Of a DNA stretch of 32,000 nucleotides, positions 1 through 9,132 are shown piece by piece. The notes under the pieces were generated by a model that was not told the DNA's origin, did not search any database, and saw only the letters and a program-made list of their open reading frames with translations. The stretch is from positions 4,602 to 36,601 of the forward strand of contig MTSL01000174.1 in the NCBI GenBank assembly GCA_002794465.1, read 5' to 3'. The position numbers were made by a program, and so were the translations under genes. Position 1 is the first letter of the stretch. Every line of letters begins with the position of its first letter. Source of the stretch: Paramicrosporidium saccamoebae KSL3 (lineage: Eukaryota; Fungi; Cryptomycota).

Positions 1-1929
1 CAGTGGTTAATGTGCGGCATTAGCTGATCGTCCAAATAAAAGTTGAAATCCAAACCAATGGAGCGCAGACTGGAACATTGGCGACGCGCGATGGAGACAC
101 AATCGCCAATCAGACGGAAATCAATGTCATTTCCCTTGAACACTTGTTTGACAATCATGTTGACATAATGATTAATTTCCAGCTTGACCCAAAACACAAA
201 CCCTATTCCGTCAGATACCACGGCAAGACTACCGGCAGTCATAGTGTGATCCTTGAACGACGACACGTACCAATCGGCAGAGGCGCTAATGCTGCTAAAA
301 GTGGCAAATCCAATATCATTCACCGTCTTGGCCACGTCCCCCACATACCGCAAATGTCTACAAAAGATAATGTGCCATTGGTGTCACGATACTTTGTGCG
401 CTCTTTGATAAAATCACTGCGAGCTGCCAGAAACTTTTCGCGAGCCTCGTCAGGGAATCCAAGCACAACCAATCGTTGGATATGCTTTGACATGGCCTCT
501 TTTCCGATAATCAGATCAGAAATTTCATGATAGAGATAGTTTGCCAGCTTGGTTACTTGGTTCTGCAATCGCTGATTCAAAATGTGTAGAGATGAGGCTC
601 GTGGATCCATCTGAGCAATTTCATACTTGATTTTGTCGACAATCTCCACTGCCTTATCGTAGTGGCATTTGTCAGTGTCTTCGTTCAGTTCATCCAACAG
701 TCCCAGCATACCGCCAAACTTTTCAGGCGAAACATCGGGAAAGGGAGCGTCCATAGACTTTTTAACGACTGAAGATATGTTGGACGGACGACGACGGTGG
801 GATCCGGCCGTGTCCTTGGGAGACTTGACACGCACGGGGACTGGGCTTGGAGACGAGGGCGCCGGCGGCAAATCAGTCTGGGCTTGCTGGGTTTTTCTTA
901 TTTGCTGCAGCCAAAGCCGTTTTCCTGCAACATTTTCAGTCATTAAAATGACTTTTTCTCCTCCACGCACCACCTCGATTGCGTTTGAGAGATCTACACC
1001 AATCATGGACAGGTGAAAGGGTTTACGTTTTGAATCGGGAAGATCAGTAATGGCAACTTCATTAATAAGCCACAATCTTTCAATCGACAATTTTTTTGAC
1101 GATCCCCCGCCAAGAGGTAATCGTGTCTTTTTGGCTGAGGCCATGGCAATTGAGTCATTAAAAAGGTACAGGGTGATGGATTTGGGGCTTGATGATCCTA
1201 CAATTTCGGTAATCCCACTTCCTTCAAAAACTACAAATCTCTCCAGCGTCATGTATTTCTAAGCTCATATTAACAATGGGTGGGGAGAGTACTTCAAAAT
1301 CAGTGATAGTCTCCACTAGGGACAGCATCTTTTGCCGTCTCCCTTCAATATCTGCATCACTAGTTGTTTTGGAAGGTACAACCTGCTGTTGTTGCTGCAC
1401 GGTAATTTCCGCGGGTTCTTCCTCCTCTTCCTGTTCCTGTGTCTCTTCTACAAACATTACCAACCATCCACTCGGCCATACCAAAGGAGACGAAATCAGC
1501 AACACCGGCAGAGCTAACCAAGGCGTTGGCCGCCGACCTCAATGCGCTCTGGATCCCCCTCAGCTCATTTAATCCACCCTCAAACTCCATGATACCCTTT
1601 CCCACCTCCAGAAATTCGCCATGGTTCTTCCACACAGCCCTCTGCAACTCTGACACACTCTTCTCACATGCCGCTGTCAGACTCCGTAGGGCACCCTGTA
1701 CTGCCTCGTCAGTGTCCGCTTCCATCGTGCTCTTTAGATAGACCTCGGGGCGGTAATTCTCGGCGGCGAAGCTGGCCACGTCGAGACGAAGCGAAGCCCG
1801 CCGGTTGGCGAGGGCTTGACGACGGTTTCCATGGTCTGTGCCAGCAGCAAAGGAAACGGGCGGTTTAGCACCCGTGGGAGAGTGGGCAGGACTTTTTCTA
1901 GATGTCTTGAATGATTGTGGACTGTCCAT
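1..1929 (-). CDS. EXO84: Exocyst complex component Exo84 (3' end runs off the left edge of the window)
   Basis: N-terminal Vps51-like segment (LDVASFAAENYRPEVYL...LQRAVWKNHGEFLEVGKGI), a PH-like middle (LYLFNDSIAMA) and a helical C-terminus (IQRLVVLGFPDEAREKFLAAR...SADWYVSSF...GFVFWVK). Exons joined by hand with consistent phases: 1929-1482, 1447-1293, 1258-1027, 993-393, 357-233, 202-<1. Introns of 34, 34, 33, 35 and 30 nt, all GTA...TAG. Confidence 0.88.
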
Positions 1930-2398
1930 CCAATTGAATTTAGTTGGTTAACAGATTTGCTGGCCCAAGAGTCTATGGCATGATTTCATTCTATGCATTG
2001 ATGTTACGCGGCAATGTCAAAATGTTTATTTCTCGGGTGAATATCATGGCCGCAGTTATAGTTCAAGGGCCAGTCACTAATCCAAACTCAGTCACTCGCT
2101 CCTCTGCTATAGGAGTCTATCACTACAATTATCGTCTCTAATGTATGAACAGTTTTGTATCCAATATGTTAGAAATTATTCCCAGGTTGTGACAATCTCA
2201 CGAAGAATATTGTCAAGTAATTCGGGCTGCGACTATCACTCAATGGTGGCTGCGGTAACCATCACATCTACCCGCACTCATGATAATAGTAACTGTCTTG
2301 TATTTGCAAAGATTTCCATACCAAATCCAGTATTCTGATACCGTGGATAGCTAGCAATGTGTCATCCAATAAATATTGAAGCCGCGGTTGCAATTATA

Positions 2399-3298
2399 AT
2401 GTCAGCCACTGCAAGCACGCCCACCACGCCCACAACACCCACCACGCCTGCAGCTCTAACAGAAATCGGCTCATTGGAAGCCGCACTTGACCTCCTCCGT
2501 CGTCTTCCCCCACAGAACATTTCCACAAACCTGCTGCGGCTCCTTCGCCTGCTCCCCCACCATACCGCGTCTCTCCTAAACACTGTCGACCTGCCCACCA
2601 AGCCCGCAGTTTGTCCTGTCACGTCGCGCGAATACCTCGTTTGCGACTATAATCGCGACGGCGACAGTTACCGGTCTCCATGGAGCGGCGATTATGACCC
2701 ACCGACTGAGGGGCTGAAGCCGTCTGAAGAGCGTCGCAAACTGGAGGTCGTTGCAAATGAGGCTTTTGATACGTACAGGAGCCTTTATTACGAAGGGGGC
2801 GTGTCTAGTGTATATGTGTGGGATGTGCCAGAGGGCGGCTTTATGGCCGCCGTGCTGATTAAAAAGGAGACAGAGGCAGAAGGTCTGCGGGGCGGACAAT
2901 GGGACGCAATCCACGTCATCGAGGTTAGTGTTGCTGACAACAATGCAACTTATAAGCTCACCACCACGGTCATTCTGCATTTGGATTCTGTGGTGCCAAA
3001 ATTGGACGAATTCATGCTCGCCGGAAGCATCACTCGCCAAAGTGAGCAGACTATCCCGTTGAGCACTTCTTCCAACTCGGAGCATGTCGCCAACATGGGA
3101 CGACTTGTGGAGGAGATGGAATCGCGGATGCGTAACAATCTTCAGGAGATTTACTTTGGAAAGACGCACGATTTGGTCAATGAAATTAGACCAGTGATGC
3201 CGGCAGGATTCCTGAGACAGCAGGCTGACTTGCAGCGAGAGATGGCTGGCCGTCTCGCCGGGTCTTTGAATCTTCGATCAAGCAGAACTGAGGGCTGA
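2399..3298 (+). CDS. CAP2: F-actin capping protein subunit beta
   Basis: Family motifs AALDLLRRLPPQ, YLVCDYNRDGDSYRSPWS, AFDTYRSLYYEGGVSSVY, WDAIHV and HVANMGRLVEEME. Single exon. ATG 2399 chosen over 2357; short TP-repeat N-terminal extension. Confidence 0.96.
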   Translation: MSATASTPTTPTTPTTPAALTEIGSLEAALDLLRRLPPQNISTNLLRLLRLLPHHTASLLNTVDLPTKPAVCPVTSREYLVCDYNRDGDSYRSPWSGDYDPPTEGLKPSEERRKLEVVANEAFDTYRSLYYEGGVSSVYVWDVPEGGFMAAVLIKKETEAEGLRGGQWDAIHVIEVSVADNNATYKLTTTVILHLDSVVPKLDEFMLAGSITRQSEQTIPLSTSSNSEHVANMGRLVEEMESRMRNNLQEIYFGKTHDLVNEIRPVMPAGFLRQQADLQREMAGRLAGSLNLRSSRTEG

Positions 3299-3323
3299 AG
3301 CTGTGCAAGTAACGGACAGGTTA

Positions 3324-3533
3324 TATAAAATACTGTAATATTATGGGACTAACAGAGCTAATATGGCTACTAATTTTGTGGATTGACCCGGATTCACATG
3401 CTTCCCAAGGGCTTTGATTAAGCAAAACTATAAGGACGAGTTTATAAAATAGTGTAATATTGTGGAACTAACAGAGCCAATGTGGCTATCGATTTTATAA
3501 ATTGACGCGGGTTCACATGCGCTCTAGGGGCTT
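3324..3533. repeat. Diverged tandem duplication of the ArgRS last codons plus 3' flank (91 bp copies at 3324-3414 and 3443-3533, offset 119)
   Basis: Ungapped manual alignment gives 73/91 identity; 15 of 18 mismatches are transitions. Confidence 0.9.
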
Positions 3534-5282
3534 CAGACCGAGAAGTACCAGGCCATTTCCAAGAGTATATCGTGCAGACACATACAATGCCATGCGTGCC
3601 TTGGCCAATTCCTCCTTCTGTCCCATGACCCATAATCGATCCAATGCCGTGGACACTACTCTACTCAGACCCATCAGATACGCAACAATATTGCAGGGCT
3701 CCATGCTGAGACGTGCCTCTTGCACAATCTCTGGATATTGGGCGATCATGAGAGCAAGATCGACAGCTTCTTTCTCATTAAGCAACGAATAATCTATGGG
3801 ACCGGTAATATCGATGCCGCTCTTGCGCTGGATGGAGCAGAGACGGGCGTGAGCATATTGCAGGTACGGACCTGTGTCGCCCTCAAACTTGGTGACACGT
3901 TCTATTTTGAATTCATAGTCTTTAATTCGACGTGCAGACATGTCTTGGATGACAATAGCAGAGACGGCCAGCGTGTCGGCAACCTCTTCGGGGTTCTCAA
4001 TCTGAGCATACTTTTCAGGATTCTCCTTCATCACAGCGTGCATCACATCGCGAGCATCATCCAAAATGTCTTCCAGGAAGACAACCTGTCCCTTGCGAGT
4101 CTTCATGCCAAGCACCATACCAAAGTTAACATGAAGCACATTATCAGCCCATGGCTTTTCCATCATTTCAAGAATACGGATCAGCTGTTTCATGTGATGA
4201 TCCTGCTGCATCGCAATCACGTAAATGCTCTTGGCCAGGTCGTACGTCTCAAAACGATACTGAGCAGCGGCAATATCACGGGTCAAGTAGAGAGTGGTTC
4301 CGTCCTTCTTTACCACAATTGCCTTTCCCAAACCGTCAGCCTCCAAATCCACAATTTGGGCTCCCTGCGATTCTTGCACAATTTTCTTATCCTTCAGCTC
4401 TTGGATACGGTCCACCATCAGCTTTTCAAAATGTGACTCGCCAGAGTATACGTCAAATGAAACGTTCAGACGAGAGTAAATTTCTTTGTATTTGACAATA
4501 CTCAGGTCACAGAAACGGCGCCACAGCTTTAGTGTCTCTTCATCGCCACCTTCCATCTTTTTAAAGTATGCACGTGCCTCGTCGTCAATAGCGGGATCTG
4601 TCTCAATTTCCTTATTGATACGTACATAGACGTCGAATAAATGTCGAATGGGCTCCTTTACCAGCTCTTCCTCTGATCCATAACGGAGAAAACCCACTGC
4701 AAGCAACCCATACTGTTTGCCCCAATCTCCGAGATAGTTCATGCTGATCGTCTCAAATCCATTGGCGCGGTAGAGATGCGTCAGGAAATTTCCAATGACG
4801 GTGCTACGCAAATGACCCGCATGGAAAGGCTTTGCAATGTTTGGAGAACTGTATTCAACCAAAACTTTACGACCAGCTCCAATAGTGTTGCAGCCATATT
4901 TTTCTTTCTTTGCCAATGCATCACTGATGACCTCTTTTAGGACGTGGGCTGTATCCACGGCAAAATTTAAAAAGGGACCGACAGCGGTTACAGCTTTGAA
5001 TATCTCATCACGAGGAAAACGCTTCGCAAGGTCCTGCGCCAATGCCGCCGGATTTCCAGGCAGTCTCAATTGCGGTAATGGGAGGGAAAACTGTCCATGC
5101 TCCTCTTTCTTGGGTTTCTCAAGCATCAGGAATATTTTATCGGCAGGCTGCTCTAACAACTTTGATAGACGGCCAGCAAGGTCCTGGCGAAGGCTATTCA
5201 GAATGTATGTCGTGGGCCATACTCTATTGTCTACAGTGACCATAGATACCTCGCTGGTAGGTGTGAGAATGTTTGATGTCAT
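3513..5282 (-). CDS. RARS: Arginyl-tRNA synthetase (class I)
   Basis: 589 aa single ORF with VEYSSPNIAKPFHAGHLRS (HIGH motif), NYLGDWGKQYG, KKDGTTLYLTRD, EGDTGPYLQYAHARLCSI and the KPLERM C-terminus typical of ArgRS. Confidence 0.98.
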   Translation of the reverse strand: MTSNILTPTSEVSMVTVDNRVWPTTYILNSLRQDLAGRLSKLLEQPADKIFLMLEKPKKEEHGQFSLPLPQLRLPGNPAALAQDLAKRFPRDEIFKAVTAVGPFLNFAVDTAHVLKEVISDALAKKEKYGCNTIGAGRKVLVEYSSPNIAKPFHAGHLRSTVIGNFLTHLYRANGFETISMNYLGDWGKQYGLLAVGFLRYGSEEELVKEPIRHLFDVYVRINKEIETDPAIDDEARAYFKKMEGGDEETLKLWRRFCDLSIVKYKEIYSRLNVSFDVYSGESHFEKLMVDRIQELKDKKIVQESQGAQIVDLEADGLGKAIVVKKDGTTLYLTRDIAAAQYRFETYDLAKSIYVIAMQQDHHMKQLIRILEMMEKPWADNVLHVNFGMVLGMKTRKGQVVFLEDILDDARDVMHAVMKENPEKYAQIENPEEVADTLAVSAIVIQDMSARRIKDYEFKIERVTKFEGDTGPYLQYAHARLCSIQRKSGIDITGPIDYSLLNEKEAVDLALMIAQYPEIVQEARLSMEPCNIVAYLMGLSRVVSTALDRLWVMGQKEELAKARMALYVSARYTLGNGLVLLGLKPLERM

Positions 5283-5382
5283 TAGTCGTCTTATTGGTCG
5301 CAGTAATACTGCCAGTCTTATGAAACGCAGAGTGAGTCACCCCGGCCATGACTCATAATTACGTGGACAAGTGATTTTTATT

Positions 5383-6753
5383 TTATGCTTGGAATTGGCC
5401 GTACTTGGACACTATTTTGTTGTATAGCATCGGGTCATTCCTTTGTAAAGAAGCCGGATCCTCGGAAAGGCATACGAACAAAGCCGTCGACCCGGCCCCA
5501 ATGACCTGTAAAGCCACCATGGGAATTAGCATGCCTAGTAGGAACATGGACAAAGACAAAAGGACTGACAGCCCCATGGTCTCTCGATAAATCAAATAGG
5601 ACAGTAAGAATGACACGAATCCACAACAAAATCCGATAGCTAGGCTCAGCATTGAGGTCGTGGTGCCTGTCAAATTATCATTCACAATGGCGTCGACCCC
5701 GTGCCTCTTGATCAGCTCCCACGTATCCCGCGATGCCTGCACAAACGACTTGCCGTATATGGCAATCTGTGTGTACGCATAGTAGTTGAAATATGCTACC
5801 AGGCTCTCAACCCACTCGAGGATGCAGTCAACGACTGCGCCAGCGATACTGTTCTTTTCCGTTGCCGATTTGAGGACGATGCGGAGTAGTTGTATTAGGG
5901 CGACTATCAATGACCCCAAACAGACGCTACCAAAGGAGTATGTGACGGCTCTACTGAAAGCACCAGAAGTGGCCTTGTCGGCACGCTGTCCACGAGGAGT
6001 GAAGTAATGCGTCGCAAATACTCCAGCAATAGTGGTTTGAAGAACGTTGGCAAGGACTTGTGATGACCAGAGGAATGAGAAGAGCACAAAAAACAGCAGT
6101 GCTCCATGCAGTGCGTCGTCATATTCGTTGTATAAGGCCGCTGCGGCGCTGAAAGTGACTGAGAACCACGAGGCGTAAACAATCGAGACAACCAAGACTC
6201 CCGCTACCACTGTGTAGATGGAAGGGTACATCTCAATACAGTCCATGACCTGCTTCAGGATCAATGCCGAGAAGGCAAACCTGGATCGGACCCAGAAGTA
6301 GACAATTGTAAGCATGACTGCAATGAACAGAAACGTACCACAAGCCATATAGCCAAAGATATTTGGACGCAAAATCGCGGCTAGCACGCCAAAAAGCGCT
6401 GTCAGGACGATATTCGCAATCATTGAGACATGTATCATCATTTCTGCCCTTGTACGCAGCATAAGCATGCTAATGGCGGTGAGGAGACCAGAAGTAAACA
6501 CCATTCCCACTAACTGTGCTATCAAAAATCCGAGTAAACCATCGGGCAAGTCGAGGTGCTTTTTAATGACAAATAGGTGCTTGTACGACGCACGAATGGC
6601 GTATAATGAGCATGTCGCAAACCATGCAAGGTGGAGGTAGAAGAGAATTGCACACCAAAGGTCTTGCCATTTTGGGTTGGTGGGGCTCACTTGCTTGGCG
6701 GGGACAGTCGCGGGGACAGGAGAAGGGACTCCAACTGTGGGAATGGAAGACAT
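5383..6753 (-). CDS. Choline transporter-like (CTL/SLC44, PNS1-type) multi-pass membrane protein, paralogue A
   Basis: About 10 hydrophobic segments; WQDLWCAILF, YSFGSVCLGSLIVA, YFNYYAYTQIAIYGKSF, DAIVNDNL. ATG at 6753 in a strong Kozak-like context (gccacgATG); 456 aa. Confidence 0.9.
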   Translation of the reverse strand: MSSIPTVGVPSPVPATVPAKQVSPTNPKWQDLWCAILFYLHLAWFATCSLYAIRASYKHLFVIKKHLDLPDGLLGFLIAQLVGMVFTSGLLTAISMLMLRTRAEMMIHVSMIANIVLTALFGVLAAILRPNIFGYMACGTFLFIAVMLTIVYFWVRSRFAFSALILKQVMDCIEMYPSIYTVVAGVLVVSIVYASWFSVTFSAAAALYNEYDDALHGALLFFVLFSFLWSSQVLANVLQTTIAGVFATHYFTPRGQRADKATSGAFSRAVTYSFGSVCLGSLIVALIQLLRIVLKSATEKNSIAGAVVDCILEWVESLVAYFNYYAYTQIAIYGKSFVQASRDTWELIKRHGVDAIVNDNLTGTTTSMLSLAIGFCCGFVSFLLSYLIYRETMGLSVLLSLSMFLLGMLIPMVALQVIGAGSTALFVCLSEDPASLQRNDPMLYNKIVSKYGQFQA

Positions 6754-7127
6754 CGTGGCGGTACTTACCGACACCCTGGTTGGATCCTTTCTGTATGCCA
6801 GAGCTCTGGTTATTGGTTCGCCACGCGCCACGAACCAATCCGCTATGCACAAGACAATAATTTGACCGTTCTTTAACAAAGCTCTGGCGTAAGGACTCTT
6901 GTAAGCAAGTTATTGATAAGGTTGGCCCAGATAGCGATCCCACAACTCTGAGGATGGTGGCCTATGCGCAATAAATATGCCTTTAATAAAGCTCATTCGC
7001 TTATCAACAAACTCTTCTACCTACGTACAGAGACTACCATCGTAAACGCTTAACAAAAGAGTTATTTTTGTAGAGTTTCCACTACGCATCACATTAGTTT
7101 GGCAAGCTCATTTATTCTTGGGACTAT

Positions 7128-8504
7128 TTAGAACGTAATCATCGAGTATTTTTCCATGATTGCATTATACAGGTGCGGTTTGGATCGTTGCAATGCCTCT
7201 GGATCCTCGGCCAAACAGACAAAGGTTGTCGTAGCGCCAGCGCCGATAACTTCAAAGGCTACGGCTGGGATGATGATAGATAAAAGTCCAAAGACGACGG
7301 CGATCACGAGCGATTCATCCCATGGTTTGGCATATATCAGGGTAGAAATTATATATACCACTAACCCGCTGGCAATCCCGATGGTAAAGGAGGAAATTCC
7401 CAGACAGGTCCCTATCAGATCGTCGTTGACAATGGCATCTACACCTCGGCTCTTGACAAGATTCCAGGTATCCTTTGCGGCCTGAATGTATGGCTTACCA
7501 TAAATGGCAATCTGCGTGTAAGCAAAGTAATTGAAGTATTCCACCAAGCCTTGCAAAAGACCTAGGATGCAGTCGACCACGGCACCGGCAATACTGTCCC
7601 GATTTGTGGCCATTTGTAGTAGGAAACGGATCGTCTGGATAATTGCCACAATCAGGGATCCAAAGCAAATGCTACCAAACGAGTATGTGGTAGCTCTACG
7701 GAGGGAGCTGGCAACGGGATTGATGATGGCTTGGCCAGTCCCGTGCAGAAAATAGTATGTTGCATAGACACCGGCAATACTAGTCTGCGCAGTGTTTGTA
7801 AGCACCTGTGAGGTCCAGAAGAGCGAAAATGCAGAGTAAATCATCATAGCCTGCGCATATGGGTCCTTGGTCCTATCATGGAGCACGCCGAGAGCCCCGA
7901 AGGTCGAGGCAAAGTATGCCATGTAGATGACAGAGATGACTACAGAGCTGCTGGTCACTAACAACATGCTGGGATAGGCCTTTAAACAATCCAGAACGGT
8001 CTGCAACAGTATTGCTGAGAAGGGGATGCGATTCCGAAATGCGAAATAAAACACAATGGTTATCACCGCCATGATGCTCAGAATCACACCTGGTAGGATG
8101 GCACCTGCCACAAACGCCCATACCGCTATCCCCACACTCAGTACGCAATTCATGATGAATGCGGTGTGTAGCATCGTCTCTGGGGCGCTCTTCATGAATC
8201 CCAAGGTCAACACGGTTAGTCCAACAGCAGTGGCAGCTGCACTTGCAAAGCTGATCAAAAAATAGCGCAGCATGTTGCCGTCTATTTCTATTCCGCCGGG
8301 TTTCTCAGTAATCGGGACATTGCGTACCTGGATGAATGCATAAACAGAGACGGCGATGAACCCAATAAAATGTGCATAGAACAAGACGGCTGCCCATAGG
8401 TCGCGCCATTGAGGTATGGGAAACATATTGTCATGCTTATTACCCGTCTGCTTCTTATCGAGGGGAGGCACAAAGCGCTCACTCGGAGAGGCAGCACCGT
8501 TCAT
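7128..8504 (-). CDS. Choline transporter-like (CTL/SLC44, PNS1-type) multi-pass membrane protein, paralogue B
   Basis: WRDLWAAVLF, YSFGSICFGSLIVA, YFNYFAYTQIAIYGKPY, DAIVNDDL; collinear with paralogue A. First in-frame ATG at 8504; 458 aa. Confidence 0.92.
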   Translation of the reverse strand: MNGAASPSERFVPPLDKKQTGNKHDNMFPIPQWRDLWAAVLFYAHFIGFIAVSVYAFIQVRNVPITEKPGGIEIDGNMLRYFLISFASAAATAVGLTVLTLGFMKSAPETMLHTAFIMNCVLSVGIAVWAFVAGAILPGVILSIMAVITIVFYFAFRNRIPFSAILLQTVLDCLKAYPSMLLVTSSSVVISVIYMAYFASTFGALGVLHDRTKDPYAQAMMIYSAFSLFWTSQVLTNTAQTSIAGVYATYYFLHGTGQAIINPVASSLRRATTYSFGSICFGSLIVAIIQTIRFLLQMATNRDSIAGAVVDCILGLLQGLVEYFNYFAYTQIAIYGKPYIQAAKDTWNLVKSRGVDAIVNDDLIGTCLGISSFTIGIASGLVVYIISTLIYAKPWDESLVIAVVFGLLSIIIPAVAFEVIGAGATTTFVCLAEDPEALQRSKPHLYNAIMEKYSMITF

Positions 8505-9132
8505 CCTTGTCAACAACAGAAACTCCGAGCCAGGAGTTATGCAGACAAGGGAAGACGATGATTGGCTGCTGTTGAAACTCTTTGAATTTAGTTGGTCTCC
8601 ACTATTCTGACTTCCAATTATATTCGCTATTTGGACACTAAGAAAGTGTATGAGAGGTTAATGAATGAGTCAGTTTTATTAAAGGCGCCTTTATAGGCCA
8701 CCATTCTCAATATTAGTAGATTGTCGTGATGCGTGGTGTGGCGTGAGAATTGTCGCATAGTTGGGAATGTGACGTAGAGGATTGATTGCCATGGTCTTTG
8801 GAATAATCGATGAAAGCTAATGAAAGTTATATCTTTACCAACGTGGGATTGCTACGTTATTTGTGAGACTATAATTAGGCTGTTGGATTAACAGTGAACA
8901 AGTTCCCGCATGACTTGATCCGTGGTATTATCCCACACTACACGACACTATAGCATGGGTAAAGCGCCAATCTTTCTGCTTCCGTGTCTAGCCTCTGACA
9001 CCTCGTTCCACATTTGCTCGCATAATAAACACCCAGCTAGTTATCTCGTTACTTTTTATATGCGGATGCTGCTTAAAGGGGTCTTTTAACTCCACGAAAT
9101 ATAAGTATTTATCAAACAATTACCTGCATTGA

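Noticed and set aside
3324-3533. Repeat-induced point mutation (RIP) as the cause of divergence in the ArgRS 3' duplicate
   Set aside because: Transitions run in both directions about equally, and the repeat is far shorter than RIP normally requires.
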